Shown here: in pieces, positions 1 through 9,135 of the stretch
Numbering within the stretch: position 1 is the stretch's first letter
Layout: the number at the start of each line of letters is the position of its first letter
Assembly (NCBI RefSeq): GCF_008000775.2
Contig: NZ_CP042905.2
Location: forward strand, 2,430,001 to 2,462,000
Reading direction: 5' to 3'
From: Promethearchaeum syntrophicum
Lineage (GTDB): Archaea; Asgardarchaeota; Lokiarchaeia; Sigyniarchaeales; Promethearchaeaceae
Length of the DNA stretch: 32,000 nucleotides
Notes under the pieces: model-generated
The model's database searches: none
What the model saw: the letters and a program-made list of their open reading frames with translations, nothing else
Told to the model about the DNA's origin: nothing
Made by a program: the position numbers and the translations under genes

Positions 1-1031
1 ATTCTTGTGTACACTTTTATACTAGGATATTTTTGATGAAAATGTGAAGTTAATTTAATGGTATCTGAAAACTCATCTTCTTCTTTCCAACAAATAAAAA
101 TTTGGGAAACTGTATTTAAATCGACGTGTTCTTCCAAGGCGTTTAAAATTGTTGCCTTATCGCTGATTAATGTAATAGTTGGATCATCATCGTAAAAACT
201 TTCATCAATATCAGGATCGATTAGGAAAGTTTCACGATGTTGTTCTCTACCTAAATATTCTGTAATTCGTTGAGCAAGGCTATCCCTTCCTAATACAACT
301 ACTTTTCCTCTTTCTCCTCTTGTCCATTCGCGTACTGATTCTAATGCCCAAGTTGATGTAGAAAAAGATAAAGCATTAAATGGTTCTCTTGCTAAATAGT
401 CAGAATAACTTTCTCCCAAAATTCGAGTATATATTGTGCATTTATTATTCAATTCCCTCACTTTCTCACAAACAACAATAATTTCTCGAACATCATTTAC
501 AACTAGAAATATTTCTTTTGCATGCTGTACACCAGCGAATTCAAGATTAGTAATATCGGTCGGGTCTCCAACAATAACGGGTTCTCCTTCAGAAATTAAA
601 AAATCAACATTTTCTTCATTTTCTTCAATTACTGTATAAGGTTTATTATGTTTTTGAAGATAATCCACAATTCTCCTACCAAAATGGTGATATCCGATAA
701 TAACTGAATGATTTCGTTGATTTTCGGCTACTAATTTTGAGGTTAAAACTGGATTAAACTTTTCGATTAAAGCTCCAAAGATAAACCCGATTACGATAAC
801 TTCTATTAAAATTGGCCACATTAACTGATAAAATCCTGAAAAATCCGATACAAAATTTGGGGACCGAATTCCAAAAGTGATTGCTATTAGGTGCCAAATG
901 TTTTGATCTGTTTCAAAAGCAATATAGTATGCAAAACCAATAATCCAAAATATAATACAGATGATGAACGGCCATTTATTATGCTTGATTTTTAATTTAA
1001 GATCAATCAATATACTTTTAATTCTTGACAT
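1..1031 (-). CDS. Membrane protein with N-terminal transmembrane segments and TrkA-N/RCK-like domains (ion channel/transport regulator); 3' end truncated by window edge
   Basis: Own reverse-strand translation, absent from the ORF track because it runs off the edge: MSRIKSILIDLKLKIKHNKWPFIICIIFWIIGFAYYIAFETDQN...NQRNHSVIIGYHHFGRRIVDYLQKHNKPYTVIEENEENVDFLISEGEPVIVGDPTDITNLEFAGVQHAKEIFLVVNDVREIIVVCEKVRE... Typical TrkA-N Rossmann pattern, with a second domain beginning GKVVVLGRDSLAQRITEYL. Confidence 0.85.
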   Translation of the reverse strand, partial: MSRIKSILIDLKLKIKHNKWPFIICIIFWIIGFAYYIAFETDQNIWHLIAITFGIRSPNFVSDFSGFYQLMWPILIEVIVIGFIFGALIEKFNPVLTSKLVAENQRNHSVIIGYHHFGRRIVDYLQKHNKPYTVIEENEENVDFLISEGEPVIVGDPTDITNLEFAGVQHAKEIFLVVNDVREIIVVCEKVRELNNKCTIYTRILGESYSDYLAREPFNALSFSTSTWALESVREWTRGERGKVVVLGRDSLAQRITEYLGREQHRETFLIDPDIDESFYDDDPTITLISDKATILNALEEHVDLNTVSQIFICWKEEDEFSDTIKLTSHFHQKYPSIKVYTR

Positions 1032-1107
1032 GATTATAAAATTGTATTAGTTTCATTTAATTGTTTTTCAAGAAATTTGAGAAAATGATAGAATTCGTGA
1101 TTATAAA

Positions 1108-3420
1108 ATGATTGATGCATCTTGGATCTTAAAAAATTTTAGTTTGCAATCAATCTCTTTCACGAGTTTTCTCAAAAATTGTCAAAATTTGGATGATAGT
1201 TTATTCTATAAGACTGCGTTTGATAATTGGAAAAAAAAATTTAGTCTAAAATTTATGATAACAAATAATTCTCATTTAGGATCTTATAATGATATTTCAT
1301 CAGAAAAAGATGTTTTTATTCGCTATAGTTATGCTGCATGGGTCATTTATAAAATTTCTACAATTATTAATATAGATTTTAAATTCCCTGAGAAAATATG
1401 GCAATTTTTTGAATGGTTTTCCAAACTAGAACCAAATCTTACAGCAATTTATCAAAAAAATATAATAGAACTACTTGAATTGAATAAACCATTAAAAATT
1501 TCAACTGAAGATTTATTTGGGGTTTTTTTAAATCACGTTTTAGAAAGGGATATTCAAGAAGAAAAGGGAATGTTCTACACTCCTGATATATTAGCTCATT
1601 TTTTATCTACTCAAGTAATTAAAATACAAAATTTACATCCACAATCTAATATTCTTGACCCAACTTGTGGTACTGGTAACATATTGATCGGATTATTGCA
1701 CAATATAGAAGCCTCGCCTTTATCCCCTCAAATTAAAAGGAAGTTTTATCAGCAAATTTATGGATTTGATGAAAATCCTGTTGCTATTTTGGCTACGATT
1801 ACAAATTTATCCAATAATCTACTTCAATTGGATTATGATATTGAAATTATTACAAAAATAGCGAAAAATTTTCGTTGTTTAGATGTTTTTACATTCTTTC
1901 AACTTGAAGAAAATCATGAATTTTTTAGATTCTTTGATTTGGTCATTGGAAATCTCCCCTGGAATGTTTTTAATAATATCCAAAACACAACTGTTAAATC
2001 TCAAATTGAAAGGATCGGAAAACATTATGATTTATTTATGACATGGAAAAATCGGTCAAATTTGGAAGTTTCAACAGTTCTCTTTGAAATAATTCATCAA
2101 AATTTACTTTCTTCTAGAGGCACGATTTGTTTCTTGGTACCTGCAAGTCTTCTAACGGCATCACAACATTCAAAATTTCGAAGATTCAATGGGTTGAAAA
2201 ATATCAATGTATTCCATATTAAACCCGATTTCTTTCCAATTCACTCTATTATTCTTTATGCAGAAAATTCCACTGTAAATTTAAAGAAAAATAAAAAATT
2301 CATTACTCAAGATATTATTGCAAATTACTATGAATTAGATAATAGTTCTAAAGAGTGGCATTTAATTAACGAACAAATTGAAACACCTTCATACGTTTCA
2401 GCTCATCGCGGTAAAGTTCTTGTAGGAAAATATTATTCAAAAGAAATAAATGAAGATATGATTCCGATAAGAAAATCATATTATTTTTCAAAAGTATACA
2501 GAGGAATTGATATTACTCCTAGAAGGTTATTATTTATTATTTGCAAAAAAGATAACGAATCTTGCATAGATGATTCGGATTTAATAAAAATTACCCCTGA
2601 TTTATCTCAAATTTCTTCTACTCAAAGCTCTACTTGGAATTTTATACCTTATAAAAGTGCAATTATTGAACAAAGCGAAGTTCGATTAGTAGTAAAAAGC
2701 ACAGATCTCATTCCTTATCATCTTTATAACAGCCATATCGCTTTTTTGCCATTGACAATTATTGATGGGCATTATAAACTAAAAAAACCTGATAATTTGC
2801 CTCCAAATGCTCAAAATCATTTGTATTTACTTGAATCGATTTATAAATCGCATCGAAAGCAAAATTCAAAAAATCGCACATTATATGAGAGTTTATCATA
2901 TGGAAAAAAACTAATCAACCCAAAATTACTTTCTCCTTTAAAAGTAATTTATCCTGTAGGTGGTTCTTATTGTAAAGCAGCATTATTAAGAAATGATGAA
3001 ATCTTAATTGATGTTACATTCTATTATTTGACTCCCAATTCAGAAGATGAAGCATATTATCTACTTGGATGGTTAAACTCCAATTTACTCAATAGAAATA
3101 TTCCACGGGTCTCAACTATCGGTGCTAATGGCAGCATTCGAGTAATCCATATGGCACCTTGGATGTTTCCTATTCCAAAATTTACTAATTCTGAACTGCA
3201 ATTGAAAATTGTTAAAATCTCTCGGTTTTTAGAAAATTATGTAAACGGACTTTATAGAAAGAAGCTGAATCTGGAAATCAAAAAAAAATCGAATGTTAAT
3301 GAAAATTATATCGGAAAAAATCTCTCTCTTTCCAAAATATATAAAATTTTGAAAAAAGATCGTATTTATAATGAAAATTTGAACGAATTAGATAATCTCT
3401 TACATTTGTTATTTGAATAA
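1108..3420 (+). CDS. N6-adenine-specific DNA methyltransferase-like protein (Eco57I/type IIG-like core), solitary
   Basis: 770-aa ORF; motif upstream of SAM site KGMFYTPDILAHFL, SAM motif ILDPTCGTGNILIG, motif IV-like VIGNLPWNVF, followed by GTICFLVPASLL typical of this family. Confidence 0.85.
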   Translation: MIDASWILKNFSLQSISFTSFLKNCQNLDDSLFYKTAFDNWKKKFSLKFMITNNSHLGSYNDISSEKDVFIRYSYAAWVIYKISTIINIDFKFPEKIWQFFEWFSKLEPNLTAIYQKNIIELLELNKPLKISTEDLFGVFLNHVLERDIQEEKGMFYTPDILAHFLSTQVIKIQNLHPQSNILDPTCGTGNILIGLLHNIEASPLSPQIKRKFYQQIYGFDENPVAILATITNLSNNLLQLDYDIEIITKIAKNFRCLDVFTFFQLEENHEFFRFFDLVIGNLPWNVFNNIQNTTVKSQIERIGKHYDLFMTWKNRSNLEVSTVLFEIIHQNLLSSRGTICFLVPASLLTASQHSKFRRFNGLKNINVFHIKPDFFPIHSIILYAENSTVNLKKNKKFITQDIIANYYELDNSSKEWHLINEQIETPSYVSAHRGKVLVGKYYSKEINEDMIPIRKSYYFSKVYRGIDITPRRLLFIICKKDNESCIDDSDLIKITPDLSQISSTQSSTWNFIPYKSAIIEQSEVRLVVKSTDLIPYHLYNSHIAFLPLTIIDGHYKLKKPDNLPPNAQNHLYLLESIYKSHRKQNSKNRTLYESLSYGKKLINPKLLSPLKVIYPVGGSYCKAALLRNDEILIDVTFYYLTPNSEDEAYYLLGWLNSNLLNRNIPRVSTIGANGSIRVIHMAPWMFPIPKFTNSELQLKIVKISRFLENYVNGLYRKKLNLEIKKKSNVNENYIGKNLSLSKIYKILKKDRIYNENLNELDNLLHLLFE

Positions 3421-3440
3421 TACAAAAATTTAGTGTAAAT

Positions 3441-5132
3441 TCAAAATGTAAAAGTAACTTCTTGATCTGTGTAATCATCAAGAGTGGGTTCTGATTTCTG
3501 TACGATTTTTGATTTCTTTGCTTTTATTTTACTTCTTATTATGATCACTATTGTGGTAATACCAAAAACACATCCAATTATTATTAGAATAATGATTAAA
3601 TTATTGGATGAATTATTTGGAATTGACGATTTATCAAATGGGTTAGAGTTTAAGCTAATTTCTTCACTATCAGAATATCCGTCCCTATCCGTATCGCTAT
3701 TATTTTCATTTAAATCCAAAGTTATTTCAAGGATATCAGGTAAATTGTCGCCATCCTTATCGTTAGCATTGGAATGATGGAGTGCAGATCCCCCCATGCA
3801 AGGCCAAGGACCTGGTATTGCCCAAGGATAACCTCTCCCAACTAAACAATAAACACAGTTATCATGCGACCCAACCAAGATTTCAATTTTTCCGTCACTA
3901 TTTACATCACTAAGTACGGGGCTGGAATAAACAACATTATCTGTTGAAAACACCCATTCTCTAGATCCCGTTGTCCCCTTTAAACAATAAAGTTTGTTAT
4001 CATCAGAGCCAACCAAGACTTCCATATCACCATCTCCATCCACATCACCGAGTGCGGGGCTAGACCTAACACAGTTTTCGGTTGTAAACTTCCATTCCTC
4101 TTCTCCAGTGGAACCGTTAAGACAGTATACATTATTATCTTCAGATCCGACCAAGACTTCTATATCCCCGTCTTTATTTATATCACCGAGTGCGGGGCTG
4201 GAACTTATGCCATTTCCAGTTAAAAAATCCCATTCTTTTTGTCCCGTAGCCCCACTAAGACAATAAATTTTCCGATCATAGGAACCAACCAGAATTTCCA
4301 TATCACCATCTCCATTTATATCACCAAGAGCTGGGCTGGAGGTAACCCGATTTCCGGTAGTAAAAGACCATTCTTTATTTCCTGTTGAGCCGTCAAGGCA
4401 GTAGATTTTATTATCTTGGGATCCTACTAAGACTTCCATATCACCATCACCATCCACATCACCAAGTGAAGGGCTAGAACTAACCCAATCACCTGTTTTA
4501 AACTTCCATTCTTCATCTCCTGTCGCTCCATCAAGACAGTATAAATAGTTATTAATAGAACCTATCAAGATTTCTATATTTCCATCCGCGTCCACATCAC
4601 CGAGTGCAGGGCTGTTAAGAATAAGATTTCCAGTTGTAAATGCCCATTCTTCTACTCCCGTCGAACCGTCAAGACAATAGACTTTATTATCATAGGAACT
4701 TACGACGACTTCCATATTTCCGTCTCCATCCACATCTCCTAGCACGGGGTTGGACAAAACTATACCTCCGGTAGTAAAAAACCATTTTTCAACTCCTGTA
4801 GAACCATCAAGACAGTAGACTTTTTTATCATGTGATCCTACTAGAATTTCCATTTTTCCATTTCCATTCACATCACCGATTGCAGGGCTAGAACTAACCG
4901 AATCTCCAGTTGTAAACTCCCATGCTTGAGTACCGGTTTGACCAGAAAGTCCTGTTGATAGCTTTGCATCTTTCAAAATTACCCCTGGAAAAATGATCAA
5001 GGTCATTACAAGCCATACACCTAATAAGGTACTTTTTCTCATTACTCGATTCACTGATAATTTTGTAAACTTATTTCGAGCTAATAAAATTAATTTTAAA
5101 TAGTTTTGCCTTGGTTTTTGGTTTCTTATCAA
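3441..5132 (-). CDS. Secreted/anchored FG-GAP/PQQ-like beta-propeller protein with C-terminal Ca-binding (TSP3-like) segment, TM helix and cytoplasmic tail
   Basis: Eight ~46-aa repeats of the type SSPALGDVDGDGxMEVLVGSxDNKVYCLDGSTGxEEWxFTT; DKDGDNLPDILE...DTDRDGYSDSEE; C-terminal hydrophobic helix then basic residues. The true start is probably the internal Met at 5042 (MRKSTLLGVWLVMTLIIF signal peptide). Confidence 0.9.
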   Translation of the reverse strand: MIRNQKPRQNYLKLILLARNKFTKLSVNRVMRKSTLLGVWLVMTLIIFPGVILKDAKLSTGLSGQTGTQAWEFTTGDSVSSSPAIGDVNGNGKMEILVGSHDKKVYCLDGSTGVEKWFFTTGGIVLSNPVLGDVDGDGNMEVVVSSYDNKVYCLDGSTGVEEWAFTTGNLILNSPALGDVDADGNIEILIGSINNYLYCLDGATGDEEWKFKTGDWVSSSPSLGDVDGDGDMEVLVGSQDNKIYCLDGSTGNKEWSFTTGNRVTSSPALGDINGDGDMEILVGSYDRKIYCLSGATGQKEWDFLTGNGISSSPALGDINKDGDIEVLVGSEDNNVYCLNGSTGEEEWKFTTENCVRSSPALGDVDGDGDMEVLVGSDDNKLYCLKGTTGSREWVFSTDNVVYSSPVLSDVNSDGKIEILVGSHDNCVYCLVGRGYPWAIPGPWPCMGGSALHHSNANDKDGDNLPDILEITLDLNENNSDTDRDGYSDSEEISLNSNPFDKSSIPNNSSNNLIIILIIIGCVFGITTIVIIIRSKIKAKKSKIVQKSEPTLDDYTDQEVTFTF

Positions 5133-5211
5133 ATTTAATTCACTTTTAATTCCCTTTTTTTTAATATTTAAAATTGTTATTATAAAGAAAAAAAATTTTA
5201 GAATTCAAATT

Positions 5212-6918
5212 CTAAAATGTAAATGTGATATCCTCATCCGGTATTTCCGTTTTGTTGTCATCAAAAGTGGGTTCTAATTTCATTACTTTTTCAGATTTTT
5301 TTTTGTTTTTTCTAATTACGATAACCATAACTATTGTGGTTATTCCAAGAATGGATCCTACAATTATGATTATAGGAATTGTCCAATTAAAAGGAACTGA
5401 AGTAGAATCTAAGGGGTTTGAACCCGCTACAATTTCTTCACTATCTGAATAACCATCCCCATCTGTATCAATCTTATTTTCATTTAAACCCAAAGAAATT
5501 TCGAGGATATCAGGTAAACTGTCTTCATCATTATCGTAAGCATTGGAATGATGGAAGGCAGATCCTCCCATACAAGGCCAAGGACCTGGTATTGCCCACG
5601 GATCACCATTTCCAACTAAACAGTAGATTCTGCGATCATCAGATCCAAACAAGACTTCCATATCCCCATCCCCATCTACATCACCGAGAACAGCGCTGGA
5701 TTGAATATCATCTCCAGTTATATATCCCCATTCCTTAACTCCCGTGGCTCCGTCAAGACAGTAAATTTCCATATCATTGGAACCGATCAAGACTTCCATA
5801 TCCCCATCCCCATCTATATCACCGAGTGCAGGGCTGGAAGAAACTCCAGATCTGGTTGTAAATACCCATTCTTCCACCCCTGTAGCTCCATCAAGACAGT
5901 AGACATTATGGTCATAGGAACCTATCACAACTTCTATTTCACCATCACCATCTATATCACCAAGTGCGGGGCTTGATTCAACCCAATGTTCGGTTTTGAA
6001 TTCCCATTCTTTATCTCCCGTTTCACCATCAATACAATAGACTTTATAATCATAAGATCCTACTAAGATTTCCATATTTCCGTCCCCATCAACATCTCCG
6101 ATTGCAGGATTAGAACGAATACTATTTCTAGCCGTAAACACCCAATTTTCATTTCTCGTGTCACCGTCCAGACTGTAAACTTCACCATCCGAAGTACCGA
6201 CCAAAATATCCATATTCCCGTATCCATCTACATCACCGAGTGCAAGAGTACAAGAAATGCTACTTCCAATTGCAAAATCCCATTTTAAATATCCCGTGGC
6301 TCCGTCAAGACAGTAAATTTTTCCATTGTAAGAACTTATCAAGACTTCCAAATTCCCGCCTGCATTTATATCACCGAGAGTAAGACTAGAAGGAATATCA
6401 CTGTTAGTTGAATAAAACCATATTTCATCTCCAGTGGAACCGTCAAGACAGTAGACACTACCATTCGTGGCGCATATTAAAATTTCCAAATCCCCATTCT
6501 TATCTACATCTCCGAGTATGGGATTTGATATAATACCCCATCCAATGGTAAAATTCCATTTTTCATCTCCTGTAATTCCATCAAGACAGTAAACATTACC
6601 ATTTAAAGAACCTATTACGACTTCCATATTTCCATCCCCATCTACATCACCGAGAGCGGGGCTGGATTGAATTCTATCTTCAGTTGAAAATGACCATGCT
6701 TTAGAACCTATTTCGCCAGAAAAGGCTACTGATAACTCTGCATCTTCTGAAATCAGTAATGGAGAAAAAATAAAAGTCAATAAAAGCCATACTACTATTA
6801 AGATTTTTTTCTTCATTCCTTGATTGACCAGAATTTTGGTATTTTTAATTCGTCCATCAATAAAAGAATTTAATTTGTTCTGGTTAATATTTCGTGATTT
6901 TACCATTTTTTTCACCAA
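5212..6918 (-). CDS. Paralogous FG-GAP/PQQ-like beta-propeller surface protein (tandem duplicate of 3441-5132)
   Basis: Same architecture: eight 46-aa repeats, PWAIPGPWPCMGGSAFHHSN linker, TSP3-like Ca motifs, TM helix, tail ending ITFTF. Probable start at internal Met 6816 (MKKKILIVVWLLLTFIF). Confidence 0.9.
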   Translation of the reverse strand: MVKKMVKSRNINQNKLNSFIDGRIKNTKILVNQGMKKKILIVVWLLLTFIFSPLLISEDAELSVAFSGEIGSKAWSFSTEDRIQSSPALGDVDGDGNMEVVIGSLNGNVYCLDGITGDEKWNFTIGWGIISNPILGDVDKNGDLEILICATNGSVYCLDGSTGDEIWFYSTNSDIPSSLTLGDINAGGNLEVLISSYNGKIYCLDGATGYLKWDFAIGSSISCTLALGDVDGYGNMDILVGTSDGEVYSLDGDTRNENWVFTARNSIRSNPAIGDVDGDGNMEILVGSYDYKVYCIDGETGDKEWEFKTEHWVESSPALGDIDGDGEIEVVIGSYDHNVYCLDGATGVEEWVFTTRSGVSSSPALGDIDGDGDMEVLIGSNDMEIYCLDGATGVKEWGYITGDDIQSSAVLGDVDGDGDMEVLFGSDDRRIYCLVGNGDPWAIPGPWPCMGGSAFHHSNAYDNDEDSLPDILEISLGLNENKIDTDGDGYSDSEEIVAGSNPLDSTSVPFNWTIPIIIIVGSILGITTIVMVIVIRKNKKKSEKVMKLEPTFDDNKTEIPDEDITFTF

Positions 6919-7024
6919 TATATCATCTTTATATTATATTACAATGTGAACAAGCTAGGTAATAAACGTTTTGGATGATCAAACGGTTTTTTTGTCTAAA
7001 AAAATTAGACATTAAAAAGAAAAA

Positions 7025-7125
7025 TGCGCCATCCGGGAATTGTTCAATAGCGGGAAATCCGTATATTGTTGAACCCGGGTCTCCAGGTTGGGAACCTGAA
7101 ATGCTAACCGCTACACAAATGGCGC
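7025..7125 (-). tRNA. tRNA-Gly (anticodon CCC) containing a ~29-nt intron in the T-loop
   Basis: Reverse strand: acceptor GCGCCAT/ATGGCGC (7 bp) + A73; D-arm GTGT-AGCGGTTA-GCAT; anticodon arm TCAGG-TTCCCAA-CCTGG; variable AGAC; T-stem CCGGG/CCCGG (5 bp) with the loop interrupted: TTC[AACAATATACGGATTTCCCGCTATTGAAC]AATT. Removing 29 nt gives a canonical 72-nt cloverleaf with T-loop TTCAATT. Confidence 0.88.
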
Positions 7126-7152
7126 GATATAGTAAAAAATATTGAAAAGAAT

Positions 7153-7458
7153 TTAAATTAATTCAATTTCCACAAGTACAGCTTCAGGAAACATAATCTT
7201 CATAATCAATACCATGCTTCTTTCATCCGCATTTATGTCGATCAGACGTTTATGTATCCGTAATGTATAGTGTTCCCAAGTAATTGTGCCCTCTCCACAA
7301 GGGCTTTTTCGAGTTGGGATTATAAGGTTTTTCGTTGGTAATGGAACAGGACCATACATCTTTACACCAGTTTTCTTTACTACCATTTTTACTTCATTAA
7401 TAACTTGGTCAAGAGCACCCATATCAGGGGAGCTTAATCTTATTCTTGCACGTTGCAT
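7153..7458 (-). CDS. rps10: Small ribosomal subunit protein uS10
   Basis: 101 aa: MQRARIRLSSPDMGALDQVINEVKMVVKKTGVKMYGPVPLPTKNLIIPTRKSPCGEGTITWEHYTLRIHKRLIDI..., characteristic archaeal S10 sequence. Confidence 0.97.
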   Translation of the reverse strand: MQRARIRLSSPDMGALDQVINEVKMVVKKTGVKMYGPVPLPTKNLIIPTRKSPCGEGTITWEHYTLRIHKRLIDINADERSMVLIMKIMFPEAVLVEIELI

Positions 7459-7695
7459 AGATTTTCACAATTTAGTTGTTTGATTTATGATTGGTTTCAG
7501 AAGGTCCTCGATTGGATATGTTTCGGGGCAAAAAGGAGAATAATTGATTATTAGGACTCCTTAGACCAGTTATCATATCTACAATAGAGTTCTTAATTCT
7601 ATCGCCAACTAACAAATAATGAAATACATGAAATTTAAAAAATTTTGTGGTTTTAAGAGGTTTAGATCGTATAAATTGGATTGCCGGGGACCTGT

Positions 7696-8337
7696 TTATT
7701 TAATTTTTTTCAAAATAAGAAATTTCTTTTCACGTTTTGAATTGGGTTGTTCGATTAATAGACCTCCGATGAAATTGAGTTTTTTTAAACCATTAACAAA
7801 AAGTAGTTCTTCAGTTTTAGTCGGGTAAAATTCGATTCCTGCTCTACCTTTTTTTATTAAAGTTCTCTCTAAAGATTCAAGGGCTTTTTGAATAAATTTT
7901 TTCATTTGATTCTTCGATTGAGCCCCTGCAGAAGCGAAATTGAAGGCAGAAATTGAAATTATATAATTAAATATATTCGAACGAAAAGGGGAATATCGCA
8001 TATCTGCGAGAATTAAATGCAGATCTGAATTTTTTTTACATTGTTTTATCATATCGGATGAAACATCAACTCCTATAACACGGTTTTGAAAATTTGATTG
8101 TAAAATTGTATGACTTGAAAAACCCGTTCCACAGCCGATATCCAAAAAAAGAGATTTCAAAGATTTACTTTTTATCTTGCCACCAATTTGTTCAGATTCT
8201 AATAAATCTAAGACTTTTTGAGTAGTTTGGATTTGATTTCTTGCCATCCATTTAGATGATCCATATGCTTCAGCTTCAAGCCCGAAATACTCATCTGTTG
8301 ATGGTCTATTATTTTTTCTAGGAATGTGATTCACCAT
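7696..8337 (-). CDS. Class I SAM-dependent methyltransferase, divergent Bud23-like
   Basis: SAM motif FLDIGCGTGFSSHTIL, VIGVDVSSDMI, DMRYSPFRSNIFNYIISISAFNF, and GRAGIEFYPTKTEEL...GGLLIEQPNSKREKKFLIL, matching the Bud23/WBSCR22 layout. Confidence 0.75.
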   Translation of the reverse strand: MVNHIPRKNNRPSTDEYFGLEAEAYGSSKWMARNQIQTTQKVLDLLESEQIGGKIKSKSLKSLFLDIGCGTGFSSHTILQSNFQNRVIGVDVSSDMIKQCKKNSDLHLILADMRYSPFRSNIFNYIISISAFNFASAGAQSKNQMKKFIQKALESLERTLIKKGRAGIEFYPTKTEELLFVNGLKKLNFIGGLLIEQPNSKREKKFLILKKIK

Positions 8338-8360
8338 AAATTCTCTTTCATAATCAGAGA

Positions 8361-9032
8361 TTATTTTTTTTCAAGATAAAGGAAAATTTTACGCTTTTTT
8401 GGATTATCTGGATTATCTATTACGAAATTTCCGTTGAATTGCCCTGTACTATTAAAAATCTTGCCGATTTCATGCATAGATGTATCAGATTTAGGATAGA
8501 ATTGAAAAATGATTTTTCCTTTTGGTTTTAAAATTAAATTGCATTGATCAGCAATTTTTTTTAAATGATTAACGCGCCTTTTTTCATTTTTTTCAGCGAG
8601 AACCCATTGAATTGCAGATATAGAAAGTATCAAATCAAAACTCCCAAGTCTGAATCCTAAATCCCTCATATCGGACTGAATAGGGTTAAGATGGTGAATT
8701 TCATAATAAGTAAGGAATAAAAAATTAAGATCTATGCCCACAATTTGAAATTTATTAAGGAACATATGAGTTGATGCAAAACCACATCCCATCCCAAGAT
8801 CTAATACTCTTGCGGGTGGTTCAATTCGTGCGATCTCTAAAGCACGTTTTGTTATTTTCTCTTGGATTCGCATTAATGCTTTAGATTGAGAGTATTCGTT
8901 TACTCGCTTTGCAATGTAAAACTCATTAGGATCTTTTGCATATTCTTCAGGGCGTTCGTATTTGATATAAAATTCATACTGTGAGCTTTTTTCTGTTTTT
9001 TTCTTTTTTTTCTCGTTCATTATCCAAACCAA
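8361..9032 (-). CDS. Class I SAM-dependent methyltransferase, Bud23 (18S rRNA m7G)-like
   Basis: YERPEEYAKDPNEFYIAKRVNEYSQSKALMRIQEKITKRALE, VLDLGMGCGFAS, DMRDLGFRLGSFDLILSISAIQWV, GKIIFQFYP...NFVIDNPDNPKKRKIFLYL: all landmarks of Bud23. Confidence 0.82.
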   Translation of the reverse strand: MVWIMNEKKKKKTEKSSQYEFYIKYERPEEYAKDPNEFYIAKRVNEYSQSKALMRIQEKITKRALEIARIEPPARVLDLGMGCGFASTHMFLNKFQIVGIDLNFLFLTYYEIHHLNPIQSDMRDLGFRLGSFDLILSISAIQWVLAEKNEKRRVNHLKKIADQCNLILKPKGKIIFQFYPKSDTSMHEIGKIFNSTGQFNGNFVIDNPDNPKKRKIFLYLEKK

Positions 9033-9135
9033 ATATTTTCAAATTATATAATGAATCCAAAATGAAAAAATTTTTTATCTTTCGTAGTTTTAAACAGTTA
9101 AGATTTGAATTTATACATAGATACGTGGATTTTTA

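Noticed and set aside
436-639. 67-aa plus-strand ORF
   Set aside because: Lies fully antisense to the convincing TrkA-N-like coding frame on the minus strand.
3296-3481. 61-aa minus-strand ORF
   Set aside because: Overlaps the 3' end of the methylase and the 3' end of the propeller gene; no protein-like motif.
3484-5976. Plus-strand ORFs at 3484-3777, 3994-4266, 5225-5452, 5418-5738, 5701-5976
   Set aside because: Antisense shadows of the repeat-rich propeller genes; their similarity to each other is explained by the repeats of the real genes.
3441-6918. Tandem 138-bp periodicity considered as a satellite or CRISPR-like array
   Set aside because: Period, divergence and reading-frame maintenance match beta-propeller blades in coding sequence, not a non-coding repeat array.
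7286-7828. Plus-strand ORFs 7286-7483 and 7619-7828
   Set aside because: Antisense to uS10 and to the Bud23-like gene/intergenic region, no recognisable product.
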